DNA from: an uncultured bacterium
Lineage (GTDB): Bacteria > Cyanobacteriota > Vampirovibrionia > Gastranaerophilales > Gastranaerophilaceae
Direction of reading: 5' to 3'
Length of the DNA: 64,000 bases
Assembly (NCBI GenBank): GCA_949282215.1
Contig: CASDPF010000007.1
Span: forward strand, 13,506-77,505
Part shown: piece by piece, positions 27,736-36,873 of the stretch
Numbering within the stretch: the first letter of the stretch is position 1
Layout: every line of letters starts with the position of its first letter
The notes under the pieces: model-generated
What the model was told of the DNA's origin: nothing
Databases searched by the model: none
The model's input: only the letters and a program-made list of their open reading frames with translations
Program-made: the position numbers and the translations under genes

Positions 27736-29694
27736 TTATGCAGAAACTTTCTTAGCATTTTCTTGAGGAGTTTTAGCTTCCTCTTGTTTTGCCGGTTTCG
27801 GATGTCTGTTTTTTACAAGTGCATAAATACCTCCAGCGACTACCACTGCACCTGCGGCATACCATAAAGGTTTATATGATTTAGATGCTTTTGCAGCTTG
27901 TTTACCAACAGTTTCTACAGCATTCTCAGCTGCTTCTGCCCCGCCTTTTGCATTATCTACAACTGCATCAGCTGCATCTTCTACTGCTTTTGCAGCCTGT
28001 TCTGCGAGCTTAGCATTTTCTTCTTCTCTGTCTGCTAAAATATTACTGAACTTAACTATTCTGTTATATAAGTCAGAATTTGACTCGTCCAAACCTTTAG
28101 CTTTAAATGCCTTTGCAAGAGCATCCATAATGTTAAAACCAAACCCTTCTTTCAAAGAATTCAAATAATTATCCATATAGTTTACAGAAACTTTTCTTCT
28201 GAAAGATGTTGCAGACTGATTATTATGTTCATTAAATCTATCAGCCATACCGAATACATCACCGAAGAAGAAATGATTATTTTTACCTGTCATAATTTCT
28301 GCCCATTTAGCTTTAGCAAATTCTGCAGGGTTTTGTAAAGTTTCGCCGTCAATTTTTAGAATTCTTGAGAGTGGATTAATTGAAGCATTTTTATGAATTT
28401 GGTTTCCATTCACAGTATCTTCTACGCCATTAGCGATTTGTCTTAGAGGTTGAGTATCATGATTTCCTACACCTACAGAAAGTTCGTCAGCACTCCAGCC
28501 TCTTGCTTGAAACGCTTCATTTGAACCCCAACCGTCATTCATATATGTTGTTTGGTAAAGATTTACTCTGTCTTTTACTCCCGGGATTAATTTACCATCC
28601 CAGAATGCACTGAATTCATCTGCACCGGCTTCAAATTCATAGAAAATGTTCTTTTTAACATCAAAGTCCTCACCTTTTACTTCTTTTACCCATTTTTCTA
28701 TTTGGTCGACAAGACCTGTTTGTAAAGCTTTTCTGTTACCATCAAGAATTTTAGTTTCATCTTTTGGAGTTACGACAGGTGTCACATAATTCCATGCAGC
28801 ATCCAATCGAATCATATCTGCATTTTTTGCAGCATATTGGATTTTCATTTTTAATAATTTATTTGCATCACTTGATTCATCAAGGATTGTATCAAAGTTC
28901 AAAGAAGGAATTTTCCAACCTGGAGCACCCATGTAATGATCTTGTTTAAAAGCATTAGGAAATGCTCTTACTTCATCATCATCAAAATTAAAAGCAATAT
29001 CATGGCAATATTTCAGACCATTATCATGAAGTTTTTGAACACCCTTAGCGTGATGTTCTTCAGCTAAAAATTGTTTAAATTTGAAGAAATCAGCATCAGG
29101 TTCTGATTCACGTTTAATATTTAATCTTTCTGCGTTATCATTAACAAATTTATTATATCTTTGTTTTAATTCGGATTTTTCATCTAATGCACTAAATCTT
29201 TCATAAGCTTTTTTTAGTGCCTTACCTTGAGCACTTTCATTACCGATTACATTATCAAAATTAGCAAGAGTCTCTTTTGTCTCTGCATTATTCGCTTTTA
29301 CGATTTCGTCAACTTCTTCTTTTGTAAGAATAGAACCATATTCATCAGTTGTTAACAATTCAGGATTAATATTTTGATCACCCAATGACAATGCTGAACC
29401 GTTATAATGATTACCTTTAAACTGGTTGATAGGCAAATCTTCCACTACATCATATCCAAGATATGTTCTCATATCTGTCAAATATTTTATAGACTCATCA
29501 GAAACTAAATTAGCAACACCCGTATTTTTAGCTGCTGATTGAGGCATGGATGTAGAAGGCATTATAAATGTAGAATTTCCTGTCTGCCCAACTAAATTTT
29601 TACCTTCACTAAGCGTCTTTTTATACTCTTCTATTTCATTGGCATGCAATGCACGTCCGAAACTTAAACCCGGATTAATCCTTGATACTAACAT
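27736..29694 (-). CDS. divergent GH77-like (4-alpha-glucanotransferase-like) protein with A/K-rich linker and C-terminal TM anchor
   Basis: GVANLVSDES..YL, NGSALSLGDQNINPELL, MIRLDAAWNY and VGVGNHDTQP loosely parallel MalQ blocks. C-terminal WYAAGAVVVAGGIYALV. Confidence 0.45.
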   Translation of the reverse strand: MLVSRINPGLSFGRALHANEIEEYKKTLSEGKNLVGQTGNSTFIMPSTSMPQSAAKNTGVANLVSDESIKYLTDMRTYLGYDVVEDLPINQFKGNHYNGSALSLGDQNINPELLTTDEYGSILTKEEVDEIVKANNAETKETLANFDNVIGNESAQGKALKKAYERFSALDEKSELKQRYNKFVNDNAERLNIKRESEPDADFFKFKQFLAEEHHAKGVQKLHDNGLKYCHDIAFNFDDDEVRAFPNAFKQDHYMGAPGWKIPSLNFDTILDESSDANKLLKMKIQYAAKNADMIRLDAAWNYVTPVVTPKDETKILDGNRKALQTGLVDQIEKWVKEVKGEDFDVKKNIFYEFEAGADEFSAFWDGKLIPGVKDRVNLYQTTYMNDGWGSNEAFQARGWSADELSVGVGNHDTQPLRQIANGVEDTVNGNQIHKNASINPLSRILKIDGETLQNPAEFAKAKWAEIMTGKNNHFFFGDVFGMADRFNEHNNQSATSFRRKVSVNYMDNYLNSLKEGFGFNIMDALAKAFKAKGLDESNSDLYNRIVKFSNILADREEENAKLAEQAAKAVEDAADAVVDNAKGGAEAAENAVETVGKQAAKASKSYKPLWYAAGAVVVAGGIYALVKNRHPKPAKQEEAKTPQENAKKVSA

Positions 29695-29759
29695 ACTACT
29701 TTTTACTCCTTTACTTTATTTTATTTTGTAATTACAAAAAACGTGAATTTATTTTTTTG

Positions 29760-30788
29760 CTAGTTATTTTCAAATTTGTAAATAATATTTTTATAATATT
29801 TTTCTCCTTTTTTTAATATTGGTTGAACAAAATTTTTATGATTTATTGCATCAGGGAAATATTGACATTCAAGACAAAATGCAGAGCGATTTTTTACAGG
29901 AATTTGATTTTTACCGCAAGATGAACCATCAAGATAATTTCCGCTATAAAATTGAATTCCGGGATAATCGCTGCTAACGGTTAATTTTATACCTGAAGTT
30001 TCATCAATAACTTCTGCCACATTTCTGATAGTACCGTCATAATTTTTCACAACCCAATTATTATCAAACCCTTTTGCTAATTTTATTTGATAATAGTCAC
30101 TATCGATATCGTCCCCGATTTGTTTAAAACGTCTAAAATCCATCGGAGTATCCTCAACAGGCAAAATTTTACCTGTAGGGACGGAAAACTCATCATTTTC
30201 CGTAAAATAATCCGCATTTATTTTAATTTTATTATTCAATATATCACTACCGAGATTAAAATAAGAATGATTTGTCAAATTACACAAAGTATCGCCATCC
30301 GACTCAGCCTCATAACTTATAAGCAAAGATTTATTTTGAACTATATAAGAAGCTGACACTTTAAGATTTCCGGGATATCCTTCTTCACCATCTTTGCTAA
30401 AATATGAAAACTTTATCCCATCTTGAATTTCTTCCGCGTTCCACACTTTTGAACTAAAACCGAATTTTCCGCCATGCAAATGATTACTTCCATCATTAGC
30501 AGTTAAGTTATAGTCCATACAATTCAAGCTGAATTTACCTTTATCAATCCTATTACAGCATCTGCCAACTGTGGCACCCAGATATTTACAATTGGTCTCA
30601 TAATCATTTAAACTATCATAACCTAATACAACATCCCTAAGAACACCTTTACGGTCAGGCACATATAAAGATACAATCATTGCACCATAAGAAGATACAA
30701 CAACTTCAATATCTCCTTTTATGAAATAATTGTATACTTCATCCCCATTTAAAGTTTTACCAAAAGAATGCTTTAAAAGTTTTACCAT
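29760..30788 (-). CDS. galM: aldose 1-epimerase (galactose mutarotase)
   Basis: NHLHGGKFGFSSKVW and the overall mutarotase pattern. 342 aa. Confidence 0.8.
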   Translation of the reverse strand: MVKLLKHSFGKTLNGDEVYNYFIKGDIEVVVSSYGAMIVSLYVPDRKGVLRDVVLGYDSLNDYETNCKYLGATVGRCCNRIDKGKFSLNCMDYNLTANDGSNHLHGGKFGFSSKVWNAEEIQDGIKFSYFSKDGEEGYPGNLKVSASYIVQNKSLLISYEAESDGDTLCNLTNHSYFNLGSDILNNKIKINADYFTENDEFSVPTGKILPVEDTPMDFRRFKQIGDDIDSDYYQIKLAKGFDNNWVVKNYDGTIRNVAEVIDETSGIKLTVSSDYPGIQFYSGNYLDGSSCGKNQIPVKNRSAFCLECQYFPDAINHKNFVQPILKKGEKYYKNIIYKFENN

Positions 30789-30849
30789 AAATTCATATTA
30801 ACACAAAATTTTATGCATGCTATAATTTTAACACAAGGTAATATTGTAA

Positions 30850-32157
30850 ATGAAAAAGATTTTTATAACATTTTTAATATTAAGCTTGGGGCAGATTACA
30901 TTTGCAGCAAATACCCCGCAAAAAATAACACTACAAAACGCAATTGAACTTGCCATAAAAAATAATATAGACTACACGGCTAATAAACTAAATATAGAAA
31001 TTGCCAAAAACAATGTTAAATCTGCAAATCGCCTTCAAAACCCTGATATCAACGTATTTTATAACTTTGGAAAAGCAGGTTCTGGGAACCCTCAACAAAT
31101 AGGGCTATCAGAGACAATAGAAATTGCCAAACGAGGAGCAAGAAAAAAACTTGCAAAATCTAATCTTGAACTGACAAAAGAAAACGTAAACTATTTTGAA
31201 TTTGACTTAAAAATGGATGTAAGAGAAGCTTATGTCAATCTGGTTGCGGCAAAATCAATACTTAACAGCTTGGAACAACAGCAAAAACTATTAGAAGAGC
31301 TTGTTGCAATAGCAAAAAAAAGAGTCTCAGCAGGTGCAGCACCTGAAATGGATGTAATACAAGCTGAGATTGCACTTAACCAAATGATTACTCAAGTTAA
31401 TACAGCAAAAGTAAATGTAAAAAGTGCAGCTTTTGATTTTAATAAAGTAATCAACCCAAAAGACCAAACTAATATTGATTTTGATTCTGCGGATGATTTA
31501 TTTAACGATAAAGAAAACTTCACAGGACTGCTTACACCAAAGCCGAAAAGTGAACTGCCTGCATTTGAATCAATTTCAGAAAATACACTAAAAAATCGTT
31601 TTGATATAAAAATTGCAAAACAACAAATTGATGTTGCTAAAAAGAACTTAACGGTTGTTTCAAGACAAAGAATTCCTGACCTTGCAGTTCTTGGCGGATA
31701 CGGCTATCAATCTAAAAGCATGAGTGATGACGGAACTTTCCAAAACGGAGCTTATGCAGGTGCAAGTCTTGTAAATATTCCGCTGTTTTACAGCTATCGT
31801 CCGGAAATTAAAAACGCAAAACTTGAAGTTGAAAAAGCTCAGTTAAACTATAATTCTACACAAAATAAAGCTTTAAAAGATTTAAATAATGCCTATGAAA
31901 AATTTGTCACAGCAAAACTTAACCTAAATTATTATAATGACAAACTTTTAAAAAGCTCAGAAGAAATGATTAGAATTTCCAAACGAAGCTATGAAGTCGG
32001 AAAATCAAATCTTACGACATTAATAGTTATGGAACAGTCTTATAAATCAATTATAGTCGGTTATACATACGCACTTGCAGAATATTACAACTGCTGGATT
32101 GATTTTTTGCGTGAAGTGAACAGCGAGGAGTTTAATTTAAACGATGAAGCTGTTTAA
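30850..32157 (+). CDS. TolC-like outer membrane efflux protein (CzcC-type)
   Basis: Signal peptide, two OEP repeats, and position ahead of the RND pump. Confidence 0.75.
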   Translation: MKKIFITFLILSLGQITFAANTPQKITLQNAIELAIKNNIDYTANKLNIEIAKNNVKSANRLQNPDINVFYNFGKAGSGNPQQIGLSETIEIAKRGARKKLAKSNLELTKENVNYFEFDLKMDVREAYVNLVAAKSILNSLEQQQKLLEELVAIAKKRVSAGAAPEMDVIQAEIALNQMITQVNTAKVNVKSAAFDFNKVINPKDQTNIDFDSADDLFNDKENFTGLLTPKPKSELPAFESISENTLKNRFDIKIAKQQIDVAKKNLTVVSRQRIPDLAVLGGYGYQSKSMSDDGTFQNGAYAGASLVNIPLFYSYRPEIKNAKLEVEKAQLNYNSTQNKALKDLNNAYEKFVTAKLNLNYYNDKLLKSSEEMIRISKRSYEVGKSNLTTLIVMEQSYKSIIVGYTYALAEYYNCWIDFLREVNSEEFNLNDEAV

Positions 32158-35100
32158 TGATTTAATAAAACTTTCAATAAAAAAGAAATTTATATCCGCA
32201 ACCATTGCACTGCTTGTGATTTTAATCGGCGGGTATTGTCTTAAAAATCTGGACATAGAAGCATACCCTGATTTTACAAGTCCGATGGTTCAGGTAATCA
32301 CTCAAATGCCAGGTAAATCCGCAGAAGAAGTCGAAAGACTGGCAACAATACCGCTTGAAAAAAACTTAAATGGTATTCCTAATGAAAAGAAACTATATTC
32401 AAGCTCTTTATTCGGCTTATCCGTTATAAAAATAGTTTTTTCAGACGGACTACCATCCTCACTAATTCGTCAACAAGTTTTGGAAAGAATTTACCAAACA
32501 GAACTTCCTGACGGGGTAAAACCGGTATTAGGGCCTGATGCCTCTGCAATAGGTGAAATTTACAGATACACCTTGGAATCAGATTATTATAATTCAATGA
32601 CCCTTAAAGCTATTGAAGATTGGCAGATGGAAAAAGCCTTTAAACAAGTAGACGGAATTATTGAAGTAAACAGCTTTGGCGGACCTATAAAAACTTATAA
32701 AGTAATACTCAATCATGAAAAAATTCGTTTCTATAATCTTGATGTAGGCGAGATATTTGATGCGATAAAAGCCTCTAACTCAACAGGCGGAGGTCATTAT
32801 ATCTCTAATAATGACCAAGCCTATATTGTCAGAGGACTCGGCTTATATTCTGGAGTTTCAAGCATTGAAAATACAGTTATCACGACTATTAACGGTATTC
32901 CAATCAGAGTAAAAGATGTCGGAATTGTAACTATTGACCCTGCTGTAAGAATCGGACAAGTCGGCAAAAATCTCAATAATGATGCAGTAGAGGGAATTGT
33001 ATTAATGAGAAAGGGTGAAAACCCTACAAAAACAATTAAAAATTTAGAAAAAAAGCTTCCTGAAATAAAAGCCCAATTACCAAAAGGCGTACATCTTGTC
33101 CCATTTTACCAAAGAAGTGAACTTATAAATAATACAATGCATACTATCGCACATAACGTAATTTGCGGTATTGTATTTGTTATAATTGTATTATTTGCAT
33201 TTATACTTGACCTGAGAATAACTCTTATTGCATCTCTTGTTATACCATTAGCATTAGGATTTGCATTTATGCTATTTCGCCTGTTCGATATCCCTGCAAA
33301 CCTCTTGAGTATGGGTGCTGTCGACTTCGGAATTCTTGTAGACGGGGCTGTAATTTTAATGGAAAATATTTTCCGCTGTCTTTCTAACTATAAAGGAAAA
33401 CTAACCCAGAGTAAAAAAGAAGCTCTAATTTATAAAGCTGTAAAAGAAGTCGGCAATGTCATTGTATTTTCCACAATAATAATTCTTTGTTGTTTTTTAC
33501 CGATTTTTGCATTTGACGGAGTCGCAGGAAAGCTTTTCCATCCTTTAGCATTTACGATGGGATTTTCATTAATAGGTGCAGTACTGTCATCATTGTTCTT
33601 ACTTCCGGCAATTTCCGCAATTTATATGCCCAATAAACAAATTATAGAAAAAGAAAATAAAACCCTCAATAAAATCACAGATTACTATAAATCGTTACTA
33701 AATAAAGTTTTTGATTATCCGAAAAAATTTCTCACAATAGTATCTGCAATATTTATAATCGCACTTGGAATGTTTTGCTTCATTGGTTCAGAATTTTTAC
33801 CAAACCTTGATGAAGGAAACATTTGGCTGAGAGTCACAGTATTGCCTAGAAGTACTACTATTGCACACTCTGTAGAAGTTGCAAGAGAAATTAGAGAAAT
33901 ACTTCTAAAATACCCTGAAGTTAAAAATGTAATTTCCCACATAGGCTCAGCCGATGACGGCACAGATCCGAATCTTTTAAGCAATATAGAAAATATGGTA
34001 GACTTGAAGCTTGCTAAAGATTGGAGATGGAAATGGCATAAAAATAAACAAAAACTTATTGAGGATATGTCACAAAAATTATCAGAAATCCCTGGGATTA
34101 CGACATATTTTACTCAATACATTCAAGACAATGTAGAAGAAGCAGTTTCAGGTTCAAAAGGTCAAGTAGTTTTAAAAATTTACGGTTCAGACCTTTATGA
34201 ATTACAAAAACTTCAAGATAGAGCCATTGCACTTTTATCAAACGTAAAAGGTGTAGTAGACCTTTCTTATGACCAAATAATAGGTCAGCCGCAATATCAA
34301 ATCAAAATTGACAGAGTAAAAGCTGCACGATACGGACTTCGCAGTGACGATATTCAAAAAGTTGTAGAAATTGCAATCGGCGGTAAAAATGCGACCCAAG
34401 TCCTTGAAAACGAAAAAAGATTTAATGTATTCCTAAGGCTTGAGGAACAAGATCGAAACGCATATAGAAAAGTACAAAACATAATTGTAAAAACTCCTGA
34501 AGGGATATCAGTACCATTAAGCAACGTAACGGATATTACAACTGATAACGGGGCTATGATTATTACAAGAAGTGAAAACTCTCGCGTAGCAATCGTAAGA
34601 TTTAATATTCGAGGTCGAGATCTCGGCTCTACCGTAAAAGAGGCACAAAAACTGTTAGATAAAAAACTTGAGTTGCCTGATGAGTATTATACAAAATGGG
34701 CAGGACAATCTGAAAGTCAAAAAAATGCAAATACAAGACTTGCAATAATCTTACCGATTACTATTATATTAATTGCCATAATATTACACCTTAATTATAA
34801 AAACAGAAAAGATGTCTTGATTGCAATGTCAACGATTATTGTAACACTTTCCGGATGCATTTTTGCATTATTTATAACAAAAACATACTTTTCCATATCT
34901 GCAGGAGTGGGCCTCATAGCTGCGATAGGAGTATCAATACAAAACGGGGTAATATTGCTTTCTTCAATAATAAGACAGCAAAAAATATGTGAAGATAAAA
35001 CAAAAGCCATTATAAAGGGAGCAGTACAAAAGTTAAGACCTGTTCTGACCGCCTCACTCGTTGCAATACTAGGACTTTTACCTGCGGCATTATCAAACGG

Positions 35101-35233
35101 AATAGGTGCACAAAGTCAAAAACCTTTTGCTATTGCAATTATCGGAGGACTTTCTTGCGGAACAGCCTTTACAATATTCCTTATTCCGCTATTATATAAA
35201 ATTACAGGGGAAAAACAAAATGAAAATAATTAA
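32144..35233 (+). CDS. CusA/CzcA-family heavy-metal efflux RND permease
   Basis: 1029 aa. 12-TM RND architecture with an HME-like N-terminus (IEAYPDFTSPMVQVIT). Confidence 0.85.
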   Translation: MKLFNDLIKLSIKKKFISATIALLVILIGGYCLKNLDIEAYPDFTSPMVQVITQMPGKSAEEVERLATIPLEKNLNGIPNEKKLYSSSLFGLSVIKIVFSDGLPSSLIRQQVLERIYQTELPDGVKPVLGPDASAIGEIYRYTLESDYYNSMTLKAIEDWQMEKAFKQVDGIIEVNSFGGPIKTYKVILNHEKIRFYNLDVGEIFDAIKASNSTGGGHYISNNDQAYIVRGLGLYSGVSSIENTVITTINGIPIRVKDVGIVTIDPAVRIGQVGKNLNNDAVEGIVLMRKGENPTKTIKNLEKKLPEIKAQLPKGVHLVPFYQRSELINNTMHTIAHNVICGIVFVIIVLFAFILDLRITLIASLVIPLALGFAFMLFRLFDIPANLLSMGAVDFGILVDGAVILMENIFRCLSNYKGKLTQSKKEALIYKAVKEVGNVIVFSTIIILCCFLPIFAFDGVAGKLFHPLAFTMGFSLIGAVLSSLFLLPAISAIYMPNKQIIEKENKTLNKITDYYKSLLNKVFDYPKKFLTIVSAIFIIALGMFCFIGSEFLPNLDEGNIWLRVTVLPRSTTIAHSVEVAREIREILLKYPEVKNVISHIGSADDGTDPNLLSNIENMVDLKLAKDWRWKWHKNKQKLIEDMSQKLSEIPGITTYFTQYIQDNVEEAVSGSKGQVVLKIYGSDLYELQKLQDRAIALLSNVKGVVDLSYDQIIGQPQYQIKIDRVKAARYGLRSDDIQKVVEIAIGGKNATQVLENEKRFNVFLRLEEQDRNAYRKVQNIIVKTPEGISVPLSNVTDITTDNGAMIITRSENSRVAIVRFNIRGRDLGSTVKEAQKLLDKKLELPDEYYTKWAGQSESQKNANTRLAIILPITIILIAIILHLNYKNRKDVLIAMSTIIVTLSGCIFALFITKTYFSISAGVGLIAAIGVSIQNGVILLSSIIRQQKICEDKTKAIIKGAVQKLRPVLTASLVAILGLLPAALSNGIGAQSQKPFAIAIIGGLSCGTAFTIFLIPLLYKITGEKQNENN

Positions 35234-36407
35234 AACTCTTTTAATAATTCTACTTTCAGCAACTATAACAGGTTGTGCGTCTAAAAATTCAACACAACCG
35301 CAAAATAAATTACTAACACTTACAGAAGCTCAAGAAAAAAATGCAAAAATTGAAACTGCACCCCTTAGTGAAATGGATATAGAGCTTCAAATAACCATTC
35401 CCGCACAATTCAAAGCAAGAAACCAATCAATAGAAAGAGTGTATTCCCCAATCGACGGCAAAATTACTGAAGTATATGTAGAACCGGGGTCTATTTTAAA
35501 AATCGGACAACCGATTGTTCAAATAAAATCCGATGAAATCAGCCAAATTCAATTAGAGTTTTTAGAAAAAATTCTTGAAATCGACGCTAACGTAAATGAA
35601 TTAAAAGCTCAATATGAATTATCCAGACAAAACTACAACAGAGAAAAAACTCTCTATAACGAAAAAATATCTTCAAGAGCTGAATATGAAACTGCAAACG
35701 CTCAGTTAAAAAAAGATAAAGCAAACCTTGACGCACTGTATTTGAAACGTTCAGCCTTAATAAACGTATATAAACAACGACTTGCTGTATATGGAGGGAA
35801 CATTGAGGGAGTTTTAAGAACCAAACAAATCTCTCCGTATGTAACACTTAAAGCAAGCAAAAACGGAATATTATTGGAAAGAAAAGTAAATCCCGGTGAA
35901 ATTGTTGAAAAAAACAGAGAATTATTTAATTTAGCAGACCTTTCAACCATCTGGCTTGTAGGATACGCATTTGAAAAAGATTCTTCAGCCCTCAAAATAG
36001 GAGAAGCTGTCACAGGAACACTCGAAGAAGCATCAGGTACAATCAACGGAGTACTTTCCTACGTATCCCCGATACTTGACAGCACTACAAAAACACTTGA
36101 AGTAAGAGCAGATATTCCAAATAAAGATTTTAAAATAAAACCTAATATGTATGCAGAAATGTTCGTTAATACAGGAATAGCACACGTACTCGCAATTCCT
36201 AATGATGCTGTCGAAAAATACGGAGATTATGATTTTGCTTATGTAAAAACCGCTCCGCATACTTACGAAGAACGTAAAGTTAAAACAGGCAGAAAAAATG
36301 ACCAATATACCGAAATTATTTCAGGAGTAAATGCCGGAGAAGAAGTCGTCACAAAAGGTTCTTTCGAATTGTTGGGTGAAAGCATAAAAAAACAAGAAGC
36401 CGAATAA
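35220..36407 (+). CDS. efflux RND periplasmic adaptor (lipoprotein)
   Basis: Start set at ATG 35220: MKIIKTLLIILLSATITGC (lipobox). Contains lipoyl and beta-barrel MFP blocks. Overlaps the RND stop by 14 nt. Confidence 0.8.
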   Translation: MKIIKTLLIILLSATITGCASKNSTQPQNKLLTLTEAQEKNAKIETAPLSEMDIELQITIPAQFKARNQSIERVYSPIDGKITEVYVEPGSILKIGQPIVQIKSDEISQIQLEFLEKILEIDANVNELKAQYELSRQNYNREKTLYNEKISSRAEYETANAQLKKDKANLDALYLKRSALINVYKQRLAVYGGNIEGVLRTKQISPYVTLKASKNGILLERKVNPGEIVEKNRELFNLADLSTIWLVGYAFEKDSSALKIGEAVTGTLEEASGTINGVLSYVSPILDSTTKTLEVRADIPNKDFKIKPNMYAEMFVNTGIAHVLAIPNDAVEKYGDYDFAYVKTAPHTYEERKVKTGRKNDQYTEIISGVNAGEEVVTKGSFELLGESIKKQEAE

Positions 36408-36810
36408 TTATCCAAAATTATTAAGAATTGTAAAAATTTACTAAAAGTGTAGTTTTTACAATTTTTAATTTAAATAATTGTAATTTTAGCAAAATTGGTT
36501 AAAGATTTCTATTTTTACAAAATAAACAAACACAAAACAAGTACAAAAGTACTACATTTGTAGTAAATTGTACATGTTGATACATTTTGGCACCCGATTG
36601 TAGGCATTGACGTTTTTTAAAACATAATGTAGTCTATAAACATTAAAAGAAAAAAGGTTATTAAATGTCTTTGATAAAAAACGATAAACGAGTCAAATTA
36701 AATTCAGTGGTGAGAATGCATAAATCCTTAAAATTAATGCACTCCGTTTTTTATCGCAGACTGTGTTTATAGCTATTACTTAATTTACTAAACCTAATAA
36801 CATACTAGCA

Positions 36811-36851
36811 GCCTGCAAATCTAGGGGTAAATTTGCAGGCTTATTTTTTTT
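36811..36851 (+). terminator. strong orphan intrinsic terminator ~400 nt after the nearest upstream CDS
   Basis: GCCTGCAAAT-ctaggggta-ATTTGCAGGC followed by TTATTTTTTTT. Confidence 0.7.
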
Positions 36852-36873
36852 GCAAGAAAGGAGAAGACTACAG

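Noticed and set aside
35106-35219. Extended start of the RND adaptor ORF (MHKVKNLLLLQ..)
   Set aside because: This stretch lies inside the 3' end of the RND permease gene. A lipoprotein signal (MKIIKTLLIILLSATITGC) begins at ATG 35220.
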